Below are positions 8,577 through 17,468 of a DNA stretch of 64,000 nt, one piece after another. The stretch is from a virus. The stretch's first letter is position 1. Every line of letters begins with the position of its first letter. The notes under the pieces are model-generated. The model was not told the origin of the DNA, did no database searches, and saw nothing but the letters and a program-made list of their open reading frames with translations. A program made the translations under genes and the position numbers. The stretch is taken from positions 1 to 64,000 of IMG/VR virus record IMGVR_UViG_3300025101_002824; one strand, written 5' to 3'.

Positions 8577-8996
8577 ATGGCAACAATTACAAGTAGATTA
8601 ACATTGACGGGCACTGGTACAACTAGTGACGTTTTAAACATTATTAAAGAGAAAGCTCTTACAATAACAAGTCCAGCTGTTCAAGTTGGTACAGTAACAT
8701 TAACAACAGCATTTGCAACAACGTTAGATGATCTTAATGGAACTAAGAATTCTACAACTGATACATTCTTATATCTCATGAATACATCTAGTGGCACTGA
8801 AACAGTACATGCACAAGTTGTAGCAACTCAATCAGGTTGTACAGGTGATTCTTGTGCATTAACACAATCTCCATTAGTTAAATTAGCTAAAGGTGAATTT
8901 GCAATGATTCCTCTTGAAGCAGCAGCTCATGTACAATTTAAAGGATCTGCTACTACTGCAGTTATGGAGTACGGATTCTGGACAAGATCAGTCTAA
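8577..8996 (+). CDS. Hypothetical beta-rich protein, last gene of the + arm
   Basis: 139-aa ORF converging with the - arm at 8993. Confidence 0.7.
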   Translation: MATITSRLTLTGTGTTSDVLNIIKEKALTITSPAVQVGTVTLTTAFATTLDDLNGTKNSTTDTFLYLMNTSSGTETVHAQVVATQSGCTGDSCALTQSPLVKLAKGEFAMIPLEAAAHVQFKGSATTAVMEYGFWTRSV

Positions 8997-9190
8997 GGAA
9001 CTACTAAAGGTTCTAAGTAATTGATTGCCCAATTATAAGCAGCAACTGGGTAGGTAAATAGTTTTCTTTTTCTTTTTACCCACCCGGTTGTTTTCTTTTC
9101 ATATATTGTCATTTCCCATTTTTTTCCTTTTGGTATACAGCTTGGCCAATACCCTCTTTTAGTAAGTAATTTAATGTCTTCTTTATACAT
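8993..9190 (-). CDS. Hypothetical protein
   Basis: 65-aa ORF coupled to the SPL-like gene. Confidence 0.6.
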   Translation of the reverse strand: MYKEDIKLLTKRGYWPSCIPKGKKWEMTIYEKKTTGWVKRKRKLFTYPVAAYNWAINYLEPLVVP

Positions 9191-10026
9191 CAGAATATAT
9201 ATCTTATTGTTTCTATGTCAAAATAGTTTGCATAGATTTGCTTAAACATTTCTAGAAGCTTATGTTTTTTTGCTATTGGATAGCGCATCACTCCTGATCC
9301 ATTTTTAACTTCATCAGAATATTTCATAATGTCACGGGCTTCATCACTAGCTTTAATCATTTGATTAACGTGATTGGTTAATGCAATAACTTCACATTTA
9401 TTTTCACCTGCTACTTCTTTAACACGTTTAAATAACTGATCATAATGCTTAGACCACCCTGGCATAAATATAAGTGGAGAAAAATTTAAATGTACTTCCC
9501 ATCCTAAATCCTTAAGTCTATTAACATCTTGTATCCTAGATTCAATTTTTTGCATCTTAGGTTCTAATACATCTGAATAAGCTTGAGGCATGAGACTTAC
9601 CCTTACTCTAGGTGGTTTATTAAAATGATTAACATCAAGTTTAAGTAATCCTGGATACTTAGTAGCCATAGTACTATTAAGTTGTGGATGATTATCAAAA
9701 CGTTTAAGGTAATCATGTAATGGTTCAGGCATATGCTTTTGCATCAGAACTAAATCTGAGTTGCATGCAATGTCTACCATTGTATATACTGGATCTTGCT
9801 GGTTAGGAACTTTAGTATAGCTTGCTTCCCAGTCAAGAACAGAATTAAATATGTCATTAACATTAGTATTAACAAATACTCTACGTCCATTAAATCTAGA
9901 CATATAACAGTAAGTGTTTACACAACCCCCCATACATCCGTAGATTATATTAGGAGCTATGCAATCACTACTATTATTGTTTGTTTTTGTTACTAATGTT
10001 TTTGTTACTTGTTTCTTGATGGCCAT
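9190..10026 (-). CDS. splB: Spore photoproduct lyase-family radical SAM protein
   Basis: GCMGGCVNTYCY cluster motif, DIACNSD, ATKY, RVRVSLMP, GWEVHLNFSP, EVIALT. Confidence 0.8.
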   Translation of the reverse strand: MAIKKQVTKTLVTKTNNNSSDCIAPNIIYGCMGGCVNTYCYMSRFNGRRVFVNTNVNDIFNSVLDWEASYTKVPNQQDPVYTMVDIACNSDLVLMQKHMPEPLHDYLKRFDNHPQLNSTMATKYPGLLKLDVNHFNKPPRVRVSLMPQAYSDVLEPKMQKIESRIQDVNRLKDLGWEVHLNFSPLIFMPGWSKHYDQLFKRVKEVAGENKCEVIALTNHVNQMIKASDEARDIMKYSDEVKNGSGVMRYPIAKKHKLLEMFKQIYANYFDIETIRYIF

Positions 10027-10041
10027 ATAACTACTATATTT

Positions 10042-10251
10042 TTATTCCCAGTAGCAGAATACAAATTCATTTCCTTTATCATTTTTTTTTGTTTTTAAAA
10101 ACGGTATTCCCGTTCTCTCATTAGTAATAATCTCTTTGTCAGAAGGTAAATCTATTTCTTTATAACCTTCTAAGAGTTCTTTTCTAAATACACGCATTGG
10201 TACATTTGTCTTAGACATCTTTTCTTGTAATATGTATCCTTTATATCTCAT
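10042..10251 (-). CDS. Hypothetical protein
   Basis: 69-aa ORF in the - arm. Confidence 0.55.
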   Translation of the reverse strand: MRYKGYILQEKMSKTNVPMRVFRKELLEGYKEIDLPSDKEIITNERTGIPFLKTKKNDKGNEFVFCYWE

Positions 10252-10513
10252 TATTTTTTTTAAATTTTATAAAGATAATCCAATATACAGCAACTAATAT
10301 GGCAAAACCAAAAGTGCTCAACTATATATGTGTTTTTATAATAAGTAAAAGGGTTGTGATCAATAGACCACAAAACCCTATAAATGCTCCTATATAACTA
10401 CTTCTTGAGTTTTTCATCAAATTGTGTAACTGCATAGGCACCGGTAGCTAAACCAGCAAAGTAAATCATAATAGCCCAAAATAATTCCATAATTAATAAT
10501 TTTTGATTAATAG

Positions 10514-10587
10514 TACACCCAGTAGGACTTGAACCTACAACCTACAGCTTAGAAGGCTGTTGCTCTATCCAGTTGAGCTATGGGTGT
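10514..10587 (-). tRNA. tRNA-Arg (anticodon UCU)
   Basis: Reverse complement ACACCCA-TAGCTCAACTGGATAGAGCA-ACAGC-CTTCTAA-GCTGT-AGGTT-GTAGG-TTCAAGT-CCTAC-TGGGTGT-A gives a full cloverleaf. Confidence 0.95.
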
Positions 10588-10639
10588 ATAAACAGAGGGC
10601 CAAACAAATAGAATAAAAAAACCCTCTGTTTCACACAAA

Positions 10640-11089
10640 TCACAGATCTAATTTCTGTTGATTTGGATTTTCAGCTTCATTATCTATAGCCATTAGTAAT
10701 AATAATAAATAACCAACAACATCTCTAACAGTGTCTTCAGTTTTATCATTAATACCTCTATTAGCTATTCTAGATAATTTATCATCTAATCTTGCTTTAA
10801 TAGCCTCAACGGGCCCAAGCTTACTAAATATATTTACAGGTTCAAGAGCAGTGTTACCATAAGCAGCATTCTTTTCTTTTAATAAGTCAGTAATGCTTTC
10901 AGCAATAGTATCTAAATGTTCTGCAAATTCTGCATTTTTCCAATTACTTGATACCTCTTCTAGATTATACGGTTTATTAAATTTTAAACCTGGTGGACAA
11001 TCCATCTTAAGATCATAACTAAATGGATAATTACGTTTTAAATCATAATAGTACTCATTATGTTTTTCATCTTTTTTCTTTTTACTCAT
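10640..11089 (-). CDS. Nucleotide-modification-associated domain 1 (DUF1599-like) protein
   Basis: LLKEKNAAYG...RLDDKLSRI...EDTVRDVVGY. Confidence 0.7.
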   Translation of the reverse strand: MSKKKKDEKHNEYYYDLKRNYPFSYDLKMDCPPGLKFNKPYNLEEVSSNWKNAEFAEHLDTIAESITDLLKEKNAAYGNTALEPVNIFSKLGPVEAIKARLDDKLSRIANRGINDKTEDTVRDVVGYLLLLLMAIDNEAENPNQQKLDL

Positions 11090-11970
11090 AGTGTAAATAT
11101 GTTTGATGAAGAATTATAATTATCTTGTTCATTTTCCGGAATTTTACCATCAGGCAGTTCTATTAAATGTTCTTCAGGCATTTGAATATCATCTTCAGGA
11201 TTAACATAAGTATCTTTAGTATTGTTTTTAGTATTACTTAAGCACTCAGCTGTCATAAACTCATGAAACTTAGCTTGATTCTTCATCCAATTACGTGGAT
11301 GAGTACTCTTTAATGCATGTGTAACATGATTATAAAATGCCCAAGCACATGCATCAGATACATTATAATCATATGATGCTTTTTCTATCTCAGCTTTTAC
11401 ACATGACATTTGTTGTGAGTCAAGAAGTTTTTCTTCAATAAACAATCTACCTAAAAATTCTGCTTGTTGTTTTTTATCTAATGATATATCTTTCATATCA
11501 TTTTTATCTTGAACAAGTTGATTAAAGTTTTGTGATGCTATGCTTATTTGTTGTGCAATTGATACTGCAATGTCTGCATTAGCAGTACCTGTATGCTTAC
11601 GACCATAATTAGCCATGTCACCATGAATCATTCCATTATTACATACTAATACATAAGCTCCTACTCCACATTGAAATCTAGTGCTTTTATCATAAGAGTT
11701 TGTCCAAGCAAACATCATGCTTAATTCATCATCTGAAACAGAGTTAACCCCAGATATATTATATATACCTTGGGCTACTCTAGCATTCATGCTTGCTTTA
11801 AACATTTGATTGTTTATTTTAAAACCATTAACTTTTAATAGTTTTTGTGTGTGATCCATCACTTCTTTATGTGATACCACTGTATACGTCTTACCATGTG
11901 TTGGTAAGGGTGCATTTTCTAAATAAATTTTGGTTGTTGTAACCGCTTTTTTATGTCCCATAATTGTCAA
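11086..11970 (-). CDS. DUF932-like phage protein
   Basis: NSYDKS...GAYVLVCNNGMI...RKHTG...WAFYNHVT. Confidence 0.7.
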   Translation of the reverse strand: MTIMGHKKAVTTTKIYLENAPLPTHGKTYTVVSHKEVMDHTQKLLKVNGFKINNQMFKASMNARVAQGIYNISGVNSVSDDELSMMFAWTNSYDKSTRFQCGVGAYVLVCNNGMIHGDMANYGRKHTGTANADIAVSIAQQISIASQNFNQLVQDKNDMKDISLDKKQQAEFLGRLFIEEKLLDSQQMSCVKAEIEKASYDYNVSDACAWAFYNHVTHALKSTHPRNWMKNQAKFHEFMTAECLSNTKNNTKDTYVNPEDDIQMPEEHLIELPDGKIPENEQDNYNSSSNIFTL

Positions 11971-11972
11971 AT

Positions 11973-13970
11973 TTAATCAAATAAATTCAATTGATTACTA
12001 GTAAAACCTAAAATATTATTGACTTCTTTTTCAATAGCTTGCTGATAATATTTATAGTTTATATCATAATCATAAAATTTATTTTTCAGTTCCATTTTGT
12101 TAAACATAGTTGTCATCCAAGGTCCAGCTTCTAACTGTATAATACGACCATCATTCTTATTAACTTTAACTAATTTAGCACCATTGTTGCTAACATAATA
12201 TCTGTTAATTTTTTGTTGGTTATCAGATTGAACAGTGCCATCTTTTACATATTCAGCTTTTACTTGCCAACCACTATTAGTTTTACTACCTATACAATAG
12301 TCTAGTATATTAGTATTTTCTTTAAGATAATCTTCAGGTAATTTATTATTTACAAAATACTCATAGATACCTTTAGGAATAACCAGTTTAGATTTGTTTT
12401 TATGCAACGCTAGACCTGTAAATTCAAATCTACCTTTACATTTAACAGGAGCATAATAAAACTTATCCTTTTCTACTTTAAATAAATAGTGTGGATTTTT
12501 TTGTTTTATTGTTCTCCATGTAGTTAAGTCTGTCTCAACAAATTTAAAAATACCAATATAATTATTAACATCTCCAAAGATAAGTCTCTGATACTCATCA
12601 TGTTCTAAATTAAGTTGTGTTAACTCCTCCCATTGTTTGCATACTTTGAAATATTCTTCCTTTGCTGACTCAGGAATAATAGTCTCAATACCATCTGTAT
12701 TTTGCATAATTGCACGTGCTTCTGGTATTGCTTCCATAATCATTTCATAAAGCATCATTAGGGTTAATTGACCATTGATTGTAATACGCATTGTAAACTC
12801 TGGATCATACAAGAAAGAATTCTTATCATTAGAGAGACCATATGTACTGTTAAGTATAATTTTATATACATAGTTCATAGGATTACTCTTAGGAATCTTT
12901 TTTCTTTCTTCAAAGAACCATTCATATAGTTCACAAAATTGATCCTTTGCTAAATGAGCAGGGGACCATTTGTTTTTAATTGCTAAATTAGGATAGAAAG
13001 ATGTAACATCTGAAGACATAATTATTTCACCTTCTTTAGGTTCATATATACCGGCTTTACTTGCACCGTGTACACCACCTAAACCAAAATCTGTTTTAAC
13101 TCCTTTGTATTTAACACTGTACTTAAAAGCCCCTTTTATACTAAGAGGATTTAATTCTACAGTTTTAAATCTATCAAGAAGCAATTGAAACTCCGGTGTC
13201 TTAAATGTTATATAAGGCAGTATAATATTTTCTAGTTTTATTACACGCCTAAATGTTCTCATCTTTTTTAACTCATACTTAGGAATATTTAATTCTTTAC
13301 TTAAGTAGAATGCAAACAGTTCCTTAGATATTCTAGGTTCTGATGCATTAAATAAGTTAATATTATATTCTTTAGATAAGTTAATTCTTAATCCTATAAG
13401 CTCTTTAGATCTATTATAGATTTCTTGAGTTGCATTAACATCATTAATACAATAATCAATAACCATATCAACCTCTTCATCAGTTGTTATTTTTGACTCA
13501 TGATCAATAGGCATATCAAGAATGTTATTCCAATCCATAGTATATTCAATCCACTTGAGGCTAGACCGTTTGGCCATATTGTCCCAATGATTAAGTTTGA
13601 ATACATCTATTTGAGGAATGATCATTTTCCATTCTGGATACTTAGAGAATTCTTTATTGTTGGATCTTTGAATTGTTGCTTGTGCTTCATCATAAATATG
13701 ACGTACTAAGTCTTCTATGTCTGCTTTTAACACCGCTTGCTTCTTATCAAGAAACCAATGTGTTATTTGCGCATCAAATCCTAATCCATTAAATGATATA
13801 TGATATTCTCTATTATTTTTATTTTGTTCAAGAAATTCTATAAATGCTTTTCTATCATCTCTTTTTGAATGAATTACAAATACTTTGTACTCTTCTTTTT
13901 TATAATGTTTAAATACACCACAAAAGAAATTACTAAGTGTTTCATAATCCATTACCCAATGGTTCTTCAT
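11973..13970 (-). CDS. polB: DNA polymerase family B
   Basis: Exonuclease motifs DYET, FNGLGFD, YCINDV; polymerase motifs DVTSFYPN, KIILNSTYG, NTDG. Confidence 0.92.
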   Translation of the reverse strand: MKNHWVMDYETLSNFFCGVFKHYKKEEYKVFVIHSKRDDRKAFIEFLEQNKNNREYHISFNGLGFDAQITHWFLDKKQAVLKADIEDLVRHIYDEAQATIQRSNNKEFSKYPEWKMIIPQIDVFKLNHWDNMAKRSSLKWIEYTMDWNNILDMPIDHESKITTDEEVDMVIDYCINDVNATQEIYNRSKELIGLRINLSKEYNINLFNASEPRISKELFAFYLSKELNIPKYELKKMRTFRRVIKLENIILPYITFKTPEFQLLLDRFKTVELNPLSIKGAFKYSVKYKGVKTDFGLGGVHGASKAGIYEPKEGEIIMSSDVTSFYPNLAIKNKWSPAHLAKDQFCELYEWFFEERKKIPKSNPMNYVYKIILNSTYGLSNDKNSFLYDPEFTMRITINGQLTLMMLYEMIMEAIPEARAIMQNTDGIETIIPESAKEEYFKVCKQWEELTQLNLEHDEYQRLIFGDVNNYIGIFKFVETDLTTWRTIKQKNPHYLFKVEKDKFYYAPVKCKGRFEFTGLALHKNKSKLVIPKGIYEYFVNNKLPEDYLKENTNILDYCIGSKTNSGWQVKAEYVKDGTVQSDNQQKINRYYVSNNGAKLVKVNKNDGRIIQLEAGPWMTTMFNKMELKNKFYDYDINYKYYQQAIEKEVNNILGFTSNQLNLFD

Positions 13971-14155
13971 ATTTTATGCTTACCCCATTTAGAATCTTGT
14001 GCATCCATATCAGCTTTATGATTTTTATCTAAATCAAATTTTTTTAAATTTTCTTTAAATTTTTTCATTTCTTCTACTTGTCTACCATGATCTAAAGCAT
14101 ATGCACCAAGTCTTATTATAGCTAAAAATACTATACCAATAATTAATAATTCCAT
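13967..14155 (-). CDS. Small membrane-anchored protein
   Basis: ATG at 14155 (MELLIIGIVFL); N-terminal TM helix. Confidence 0.55.
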   Translation of the reverse strand: MELLIIGIVFLAIIRLGAYALDHGRQVEEMKKFKENLKKFDLDKNHKADMDAQDSKWGKHKI

Positions 14156-14174
14156 AAATAAATAGATTAGACCC

Positions 14175-14198
14175 AAAAAAAGGGACCGGAGTCCCTTT
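14175..14198 (-). terminator. Intrinsic terminator
   Basis: On the - strand AAAGGGAC-TCCG-GTCCCTTT followed by a T run. Confidence 0.8.
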
Positions 14199-14225
14199 CT
14201 GTGGATTGGTTAATAAAGAAAACTC

Positions 14226-14678
14226 CTAAACAAGGTTTAGGTTTGTGGCTTTCTCAGAGGAAAGTGCTCTTTTCATTTCTTCTACATCATTATCAATGAT
14301 TGTATTAAAGTCATATGAATCAGCATTAATTGCAAATTCTTTGATAAAACTTTTAATTTCATCAACTTCTACAATATAATACTCAGCATGCGTATCCATC
14401 ATCACTCTTTGTTCTTTTACCTTTTTACCGTTTGGTCTAGGTTTGATTTTGGTTTGTACTTCATCACCATTGTCATCAATTTTAGGAACAAAATGATATG
14501 AACTTTTGCTTATTTTAGAAATAACAGCAAGTATTTTACTACTTGGGTCAAATATAACCTCTACATAAGGACAATCCTCAAGTACAGGCATTAATTTAAA
14601 TGTTTTGTATGGTCCCCAATTAGATGTTGTTAACAACATGTTTTGTCCATACGTTGGTTTTTTGTTTTCTTTACTCAT
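14226..14678 (-). CDS. Hypothetical protein
   Basis: 150-aa ORF with upstream TATCTTTG (14705-14712, - strand). Confidence 0.75.
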   Translation of the reverse strand: MSKENKKPTYGQNMLLTTSNWGPYKTFKLMPVLEDCPYVEVIFDPSSKILAVISKISKSSYHFVPKIDDNGDEVQTKIKPRPNGKKVKEQRVMMDTHAEYYIVEVDEIKSFIKEFAINADSYDFNTIIDNDVEEMKRALSSEKATNLNLV

Positions 14679-15268
14679 GTTAAAATATATTTTGAATTAG
14701 AATACAAAGATAAAAACTTTTTTGAAAAAATAGCTTTTGGGTCAGGTTTTTTATAGACCAACTTTTCTTTTTCTAAATCCGGTTTATCACACAATTCATA
14801 TACTTCTTCTAATTGTGATACATTTACATTTAGTTCTTCTGCATATTGTGTATGATAATATTCTGGATACAAAAATTCTTCTATGTATTGTGAAATAGCT
14901 CCTTTCTCACCAAAAAAGTTCATAATGATTTCTTTTGTTGACTCAAGAACTTCTGAATATTTACCACGGCTAATCTTATTATAGCAAGAGGCAATATCAC
15001 TCATATCAAATATGTATAAGTGAATATTTTTAGCCAAAGGTACATAGTCATAAAAATATATATTAGATAATAAATACTTATTCTCAAACTCTTTCCATTC
15101 ATCTGTTTCTTTTTGCTCATACAAACACATAAATTTTTTGTCTTTAATAGTATAATTATCTTCCCAGGTTAAAAATGTTTCAACAGGAACAAAATCAACC
15201 CCTCTCTTTATACTAAGTAAAGGATAGAGGAAGATCTTGCTCTTTTGAAAATATTTTTTATACATCAT
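14675..15268 (-). CDS. Hypothetical protein
   Basis: 197-aa ORF, ATGA-coupled. Confidence 0.75.
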   Translation of the reverse strand: MMYKKYFQKSKIFLYPLLSIKRGVDFVPVETFLTWEDNYTIKDKKFMCLYEQKETDEWKEFENKYLLSNIYFYDYVPLAKNIHLYIFDMSDIASCYNKISRGKYSEVLESTKEIIMNFFGEKGAISQYIEEFLYPEYYHTQYAEELNVNVSQLEEVYELCDKPDLEKEKLVYKKPDPKAIFSKKFLSLYSNSKYILT

Positions 15269-16251
15269 AGTATTACTTTGTTATTAATAAACTCATACGG
15301 TAAATCAAAATTCATTTCATTTAAGTGAAACTCACATGCTTTTATTACTGACATAAGATTTTTACCCCAGTTTTGCATAGTTTGATTACTTACTTCAAAA
15401 TTATATATTTGATTATACGTATCTACTACTATAAAGTTAAAGTTTATTTTATAACCTTGTATACCATCTGGCACATTTTTTAATACTAACATAGTATAAA
15501 TGGCAGCTTGCATCCAATAATTGTAATAATCTACAGTGTCTACAAAATCAGTAATGGACTTGCCTGATGTCTTGATGTCAATGATAGTGATTGACCTTTT
15601 CTTATGATCTATTATGTATTTATCTACATAACCCTTAAGACCAAACTTAAGATCTCTTAAATCACATTCTAGATATGATTCTGCAAACGTTTCAGTTTCA
15701 TCTAACTCAAAGTCTGTTACAACTGGATCAAGTAAACCCATTATATCTTTCTTTGATTTGACAATCTCTACACGTTCTGCAGTCTTATCATACATATCTT
15801 GATCAATGATGTCTTTACCTTCTGATACAAGTAGAAATTTAAAATACTCTTTGTTGTCATCCGTAAGTATCTTTGCTAATCTCTTTGAGTCATCTTTGAT
15901 AGACTGATATAAGTTCTGATGTTTTAAAGCAGTTATAATCTCAGGTTCTAAATCTTCTAGATCTCCTACAGCAAGTCCCTTAACTTCATTAAGAACTCTA
16001 CGCACAGCTTCTGATGGTATTTTACCCGGTAGCAATGCAAAATCATTTGTAAAATTATCTGGTTGCAATAATAATAGATGCAGTAGTCTACCTTCTATTA
16101 GGTGCTTATCTAATCTAACCTCTCTATCTTTAAGGATGTAATCCTTGTAGAAAAGCTTAGGGGAGAACCTAAGTCTATTCATACTTGAATATGAAAACTT
16201 AAATTCTCCTCTATCATATTTGTCTTTAAATATTTGTTCTTTGTCTGTCAT
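15265..16251 (-). CDS. PD-(D/E)XK exonuclease (RecE/Cas4-like)
   Basis: SYSS...GRLLHLLLL...E...KGYVD...IIDIKT...YWMQAAIY. Confidence 0.85.
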   Translation of the reverse strand: MTDKEQIFKDKYDRGEFKFSYSSMNRLRFSPKLFYKDYILKDREVRLDKHLIEGRLLHLLLLQPDNFTNDFALLPGKIPSEAVRRVLNEVKGLAVGDLEDLEPEIITALKHQNLYQSIKDDSKRLAKILTDDNKEYFKFLLVSEGKDIIDQDMYDKTAERVEIVKSKKDIMGLLDPVVTDFELDETETFAESYLECDLRDLKFGLKGYVDKYIIDHKKRSITIIDIKTSGKSITDFVDTVDYYNYWMQAAIYTMLVLKNVPDGIQGYKINFNFIVVDTYNQIYNFEVSNQTMQNWGKNLMSVIKACEFHLNEMNFDLPYEFINNKVIL

Positions 16252-16253
16252 AG

Positions 16254-17468
16254 TTAAAAAGGTAAATCATCATTATACATACAGTTCTCTTCTTTTATTA
16301 CTTGTGATAAAGATTTTGTTTTTACTTTATCTGCAAATTCATCACTAAGTCTTATAGAACTTCTTTCAATTTGAAAAGCATTACAAGATGCTAGACCAGT
16401 AGATTGCTTTATAACAGATTCAAATAATAAATCTAAACAATGTTGCATAGCAGGTAAAGTTAATGCATCATCATCAACTAACATCTCTATAAGTTTTTGA
16501 TACCTATGCGCACTACCATAGTTATAATTAGTGTTATCATAATACTTTTGAAAACTCTTTCTTAATGATTTAAAACTAACTGTATTCCACGGTTTAGTTC
16601 CTTTCATTTTTTCACCAAAGTGAAAGAATAACATAGCCAAATAAGTTTTAGATTTTTCAATATCACAATTAGCCATCAAACTCATTGCAACAGATTTATC
16701 ATCAGCAACACCATTTTTTAACATGTTTTTGATTTGAATAAAACTTTCATCATCTAATGCTACAGATTCTGCAGACATAATCTTATTACAATTATCATCT
16801 AACATCCATTTAAATGCACCATTTATGATTTCATTATATAAACCTATATTATCAGCTAAAATTGTCCAATTACTAGAATGACTCTTACAGCTTTTAAAAT
16901 CATCTAACATTGGAGCAACAGTTTTTTCCCAATTGTCAGCATAATAATATCTACGAGTTATTGCACTCACATCTATTACTTCATCTTCAGGAAGTTTTTC
17001 AAGCATATTTATACACTCTAATTGACATTCTTTTGAATTAAAAGCATTAGGATATTTTTTAACTATATCAATAGATTTAGATACAGCTGCATAATTACCA
17101 GACCAACTATAAGTTATTAGTTTTTCTATAAACTTTTTTGATATAATTCTTACATCAGCACTATGTTTATTTCTAATTACTTTTAAGTCATTGTCTTGAC
17201 AATAAAGCGCAACTCTATCTCTAGATAAACTAATGTTTGGATACCTATATAAAAATTTTATATTATCTAATGAATCTATCTCATCATCTTTTATATTTTT
17301 TATTACAGCATCTACCATTTGATCACCATATCTACTAACTTTTTCATCTACTCCATGTAATAAATAATCACCATTAGAATATACTGAGATATGATTTTGT
17401 CTACTGTCTATTTTATAATCATTATCAGCAAGTGAAAATGATAGTTTATGTATTTTTATTAGTTTCAT
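16254..17468 (-). CDS. Hypothetical protein with BRCT-like segment and C-terminal DDLPF
   Basis: LYRYPNISLSRDRV...LKVIRNKHSADVRII; paralogous to 17465-18538. Confidence 0.7.
   Translation of the reverse strand: MKLIKIHKLSFSLADNDYKIDSRQNHISVYSNGDYLLHGVDEKVSRYGDQMVDAVIKNIKDDEIDSLDNIKFLYRYPNISLSRDRVALYCQDNDLKVIRNKHSADVRIISKKFIEKLITYSWSGNYAAVSKSIDIVKKYPNAFNSKECQLECINMLEKLPEDEVIDVSAITRRYYYADNWEKTVAPMLDDFKSCKSHSSNWTILADNIGLYNEIINGAFKWMLDDNCNKIMSAESVALDDESFIQIKNMLKNGVADDKSVAMSLMANCDIEKSKTYLAMLFFHFGEKMKGTKPWNTVSFKSLRKSFQKYYDNTNYNYGSAHRYQKLIEMLVDDDALTLPAMQHCLDLLFESVIKQSTGLASCNAFQIERSSIRLSDEFADKVKTKSLSQVIKEENCMYNDDLPF

Noticed and set aside
10514-10587. tRNA as a prophage attachment site
   Set aside because: No integrase or duplicated tRNA 3' end seen; phage genes lie on both sides
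15265-16251. Cas4-like nucleases (also 46097-46930) as a CRISPR-Cas system
   Set aside because: Generic phage PD-(D/E)XK nucleases; no cas1/cas2 and no array seen
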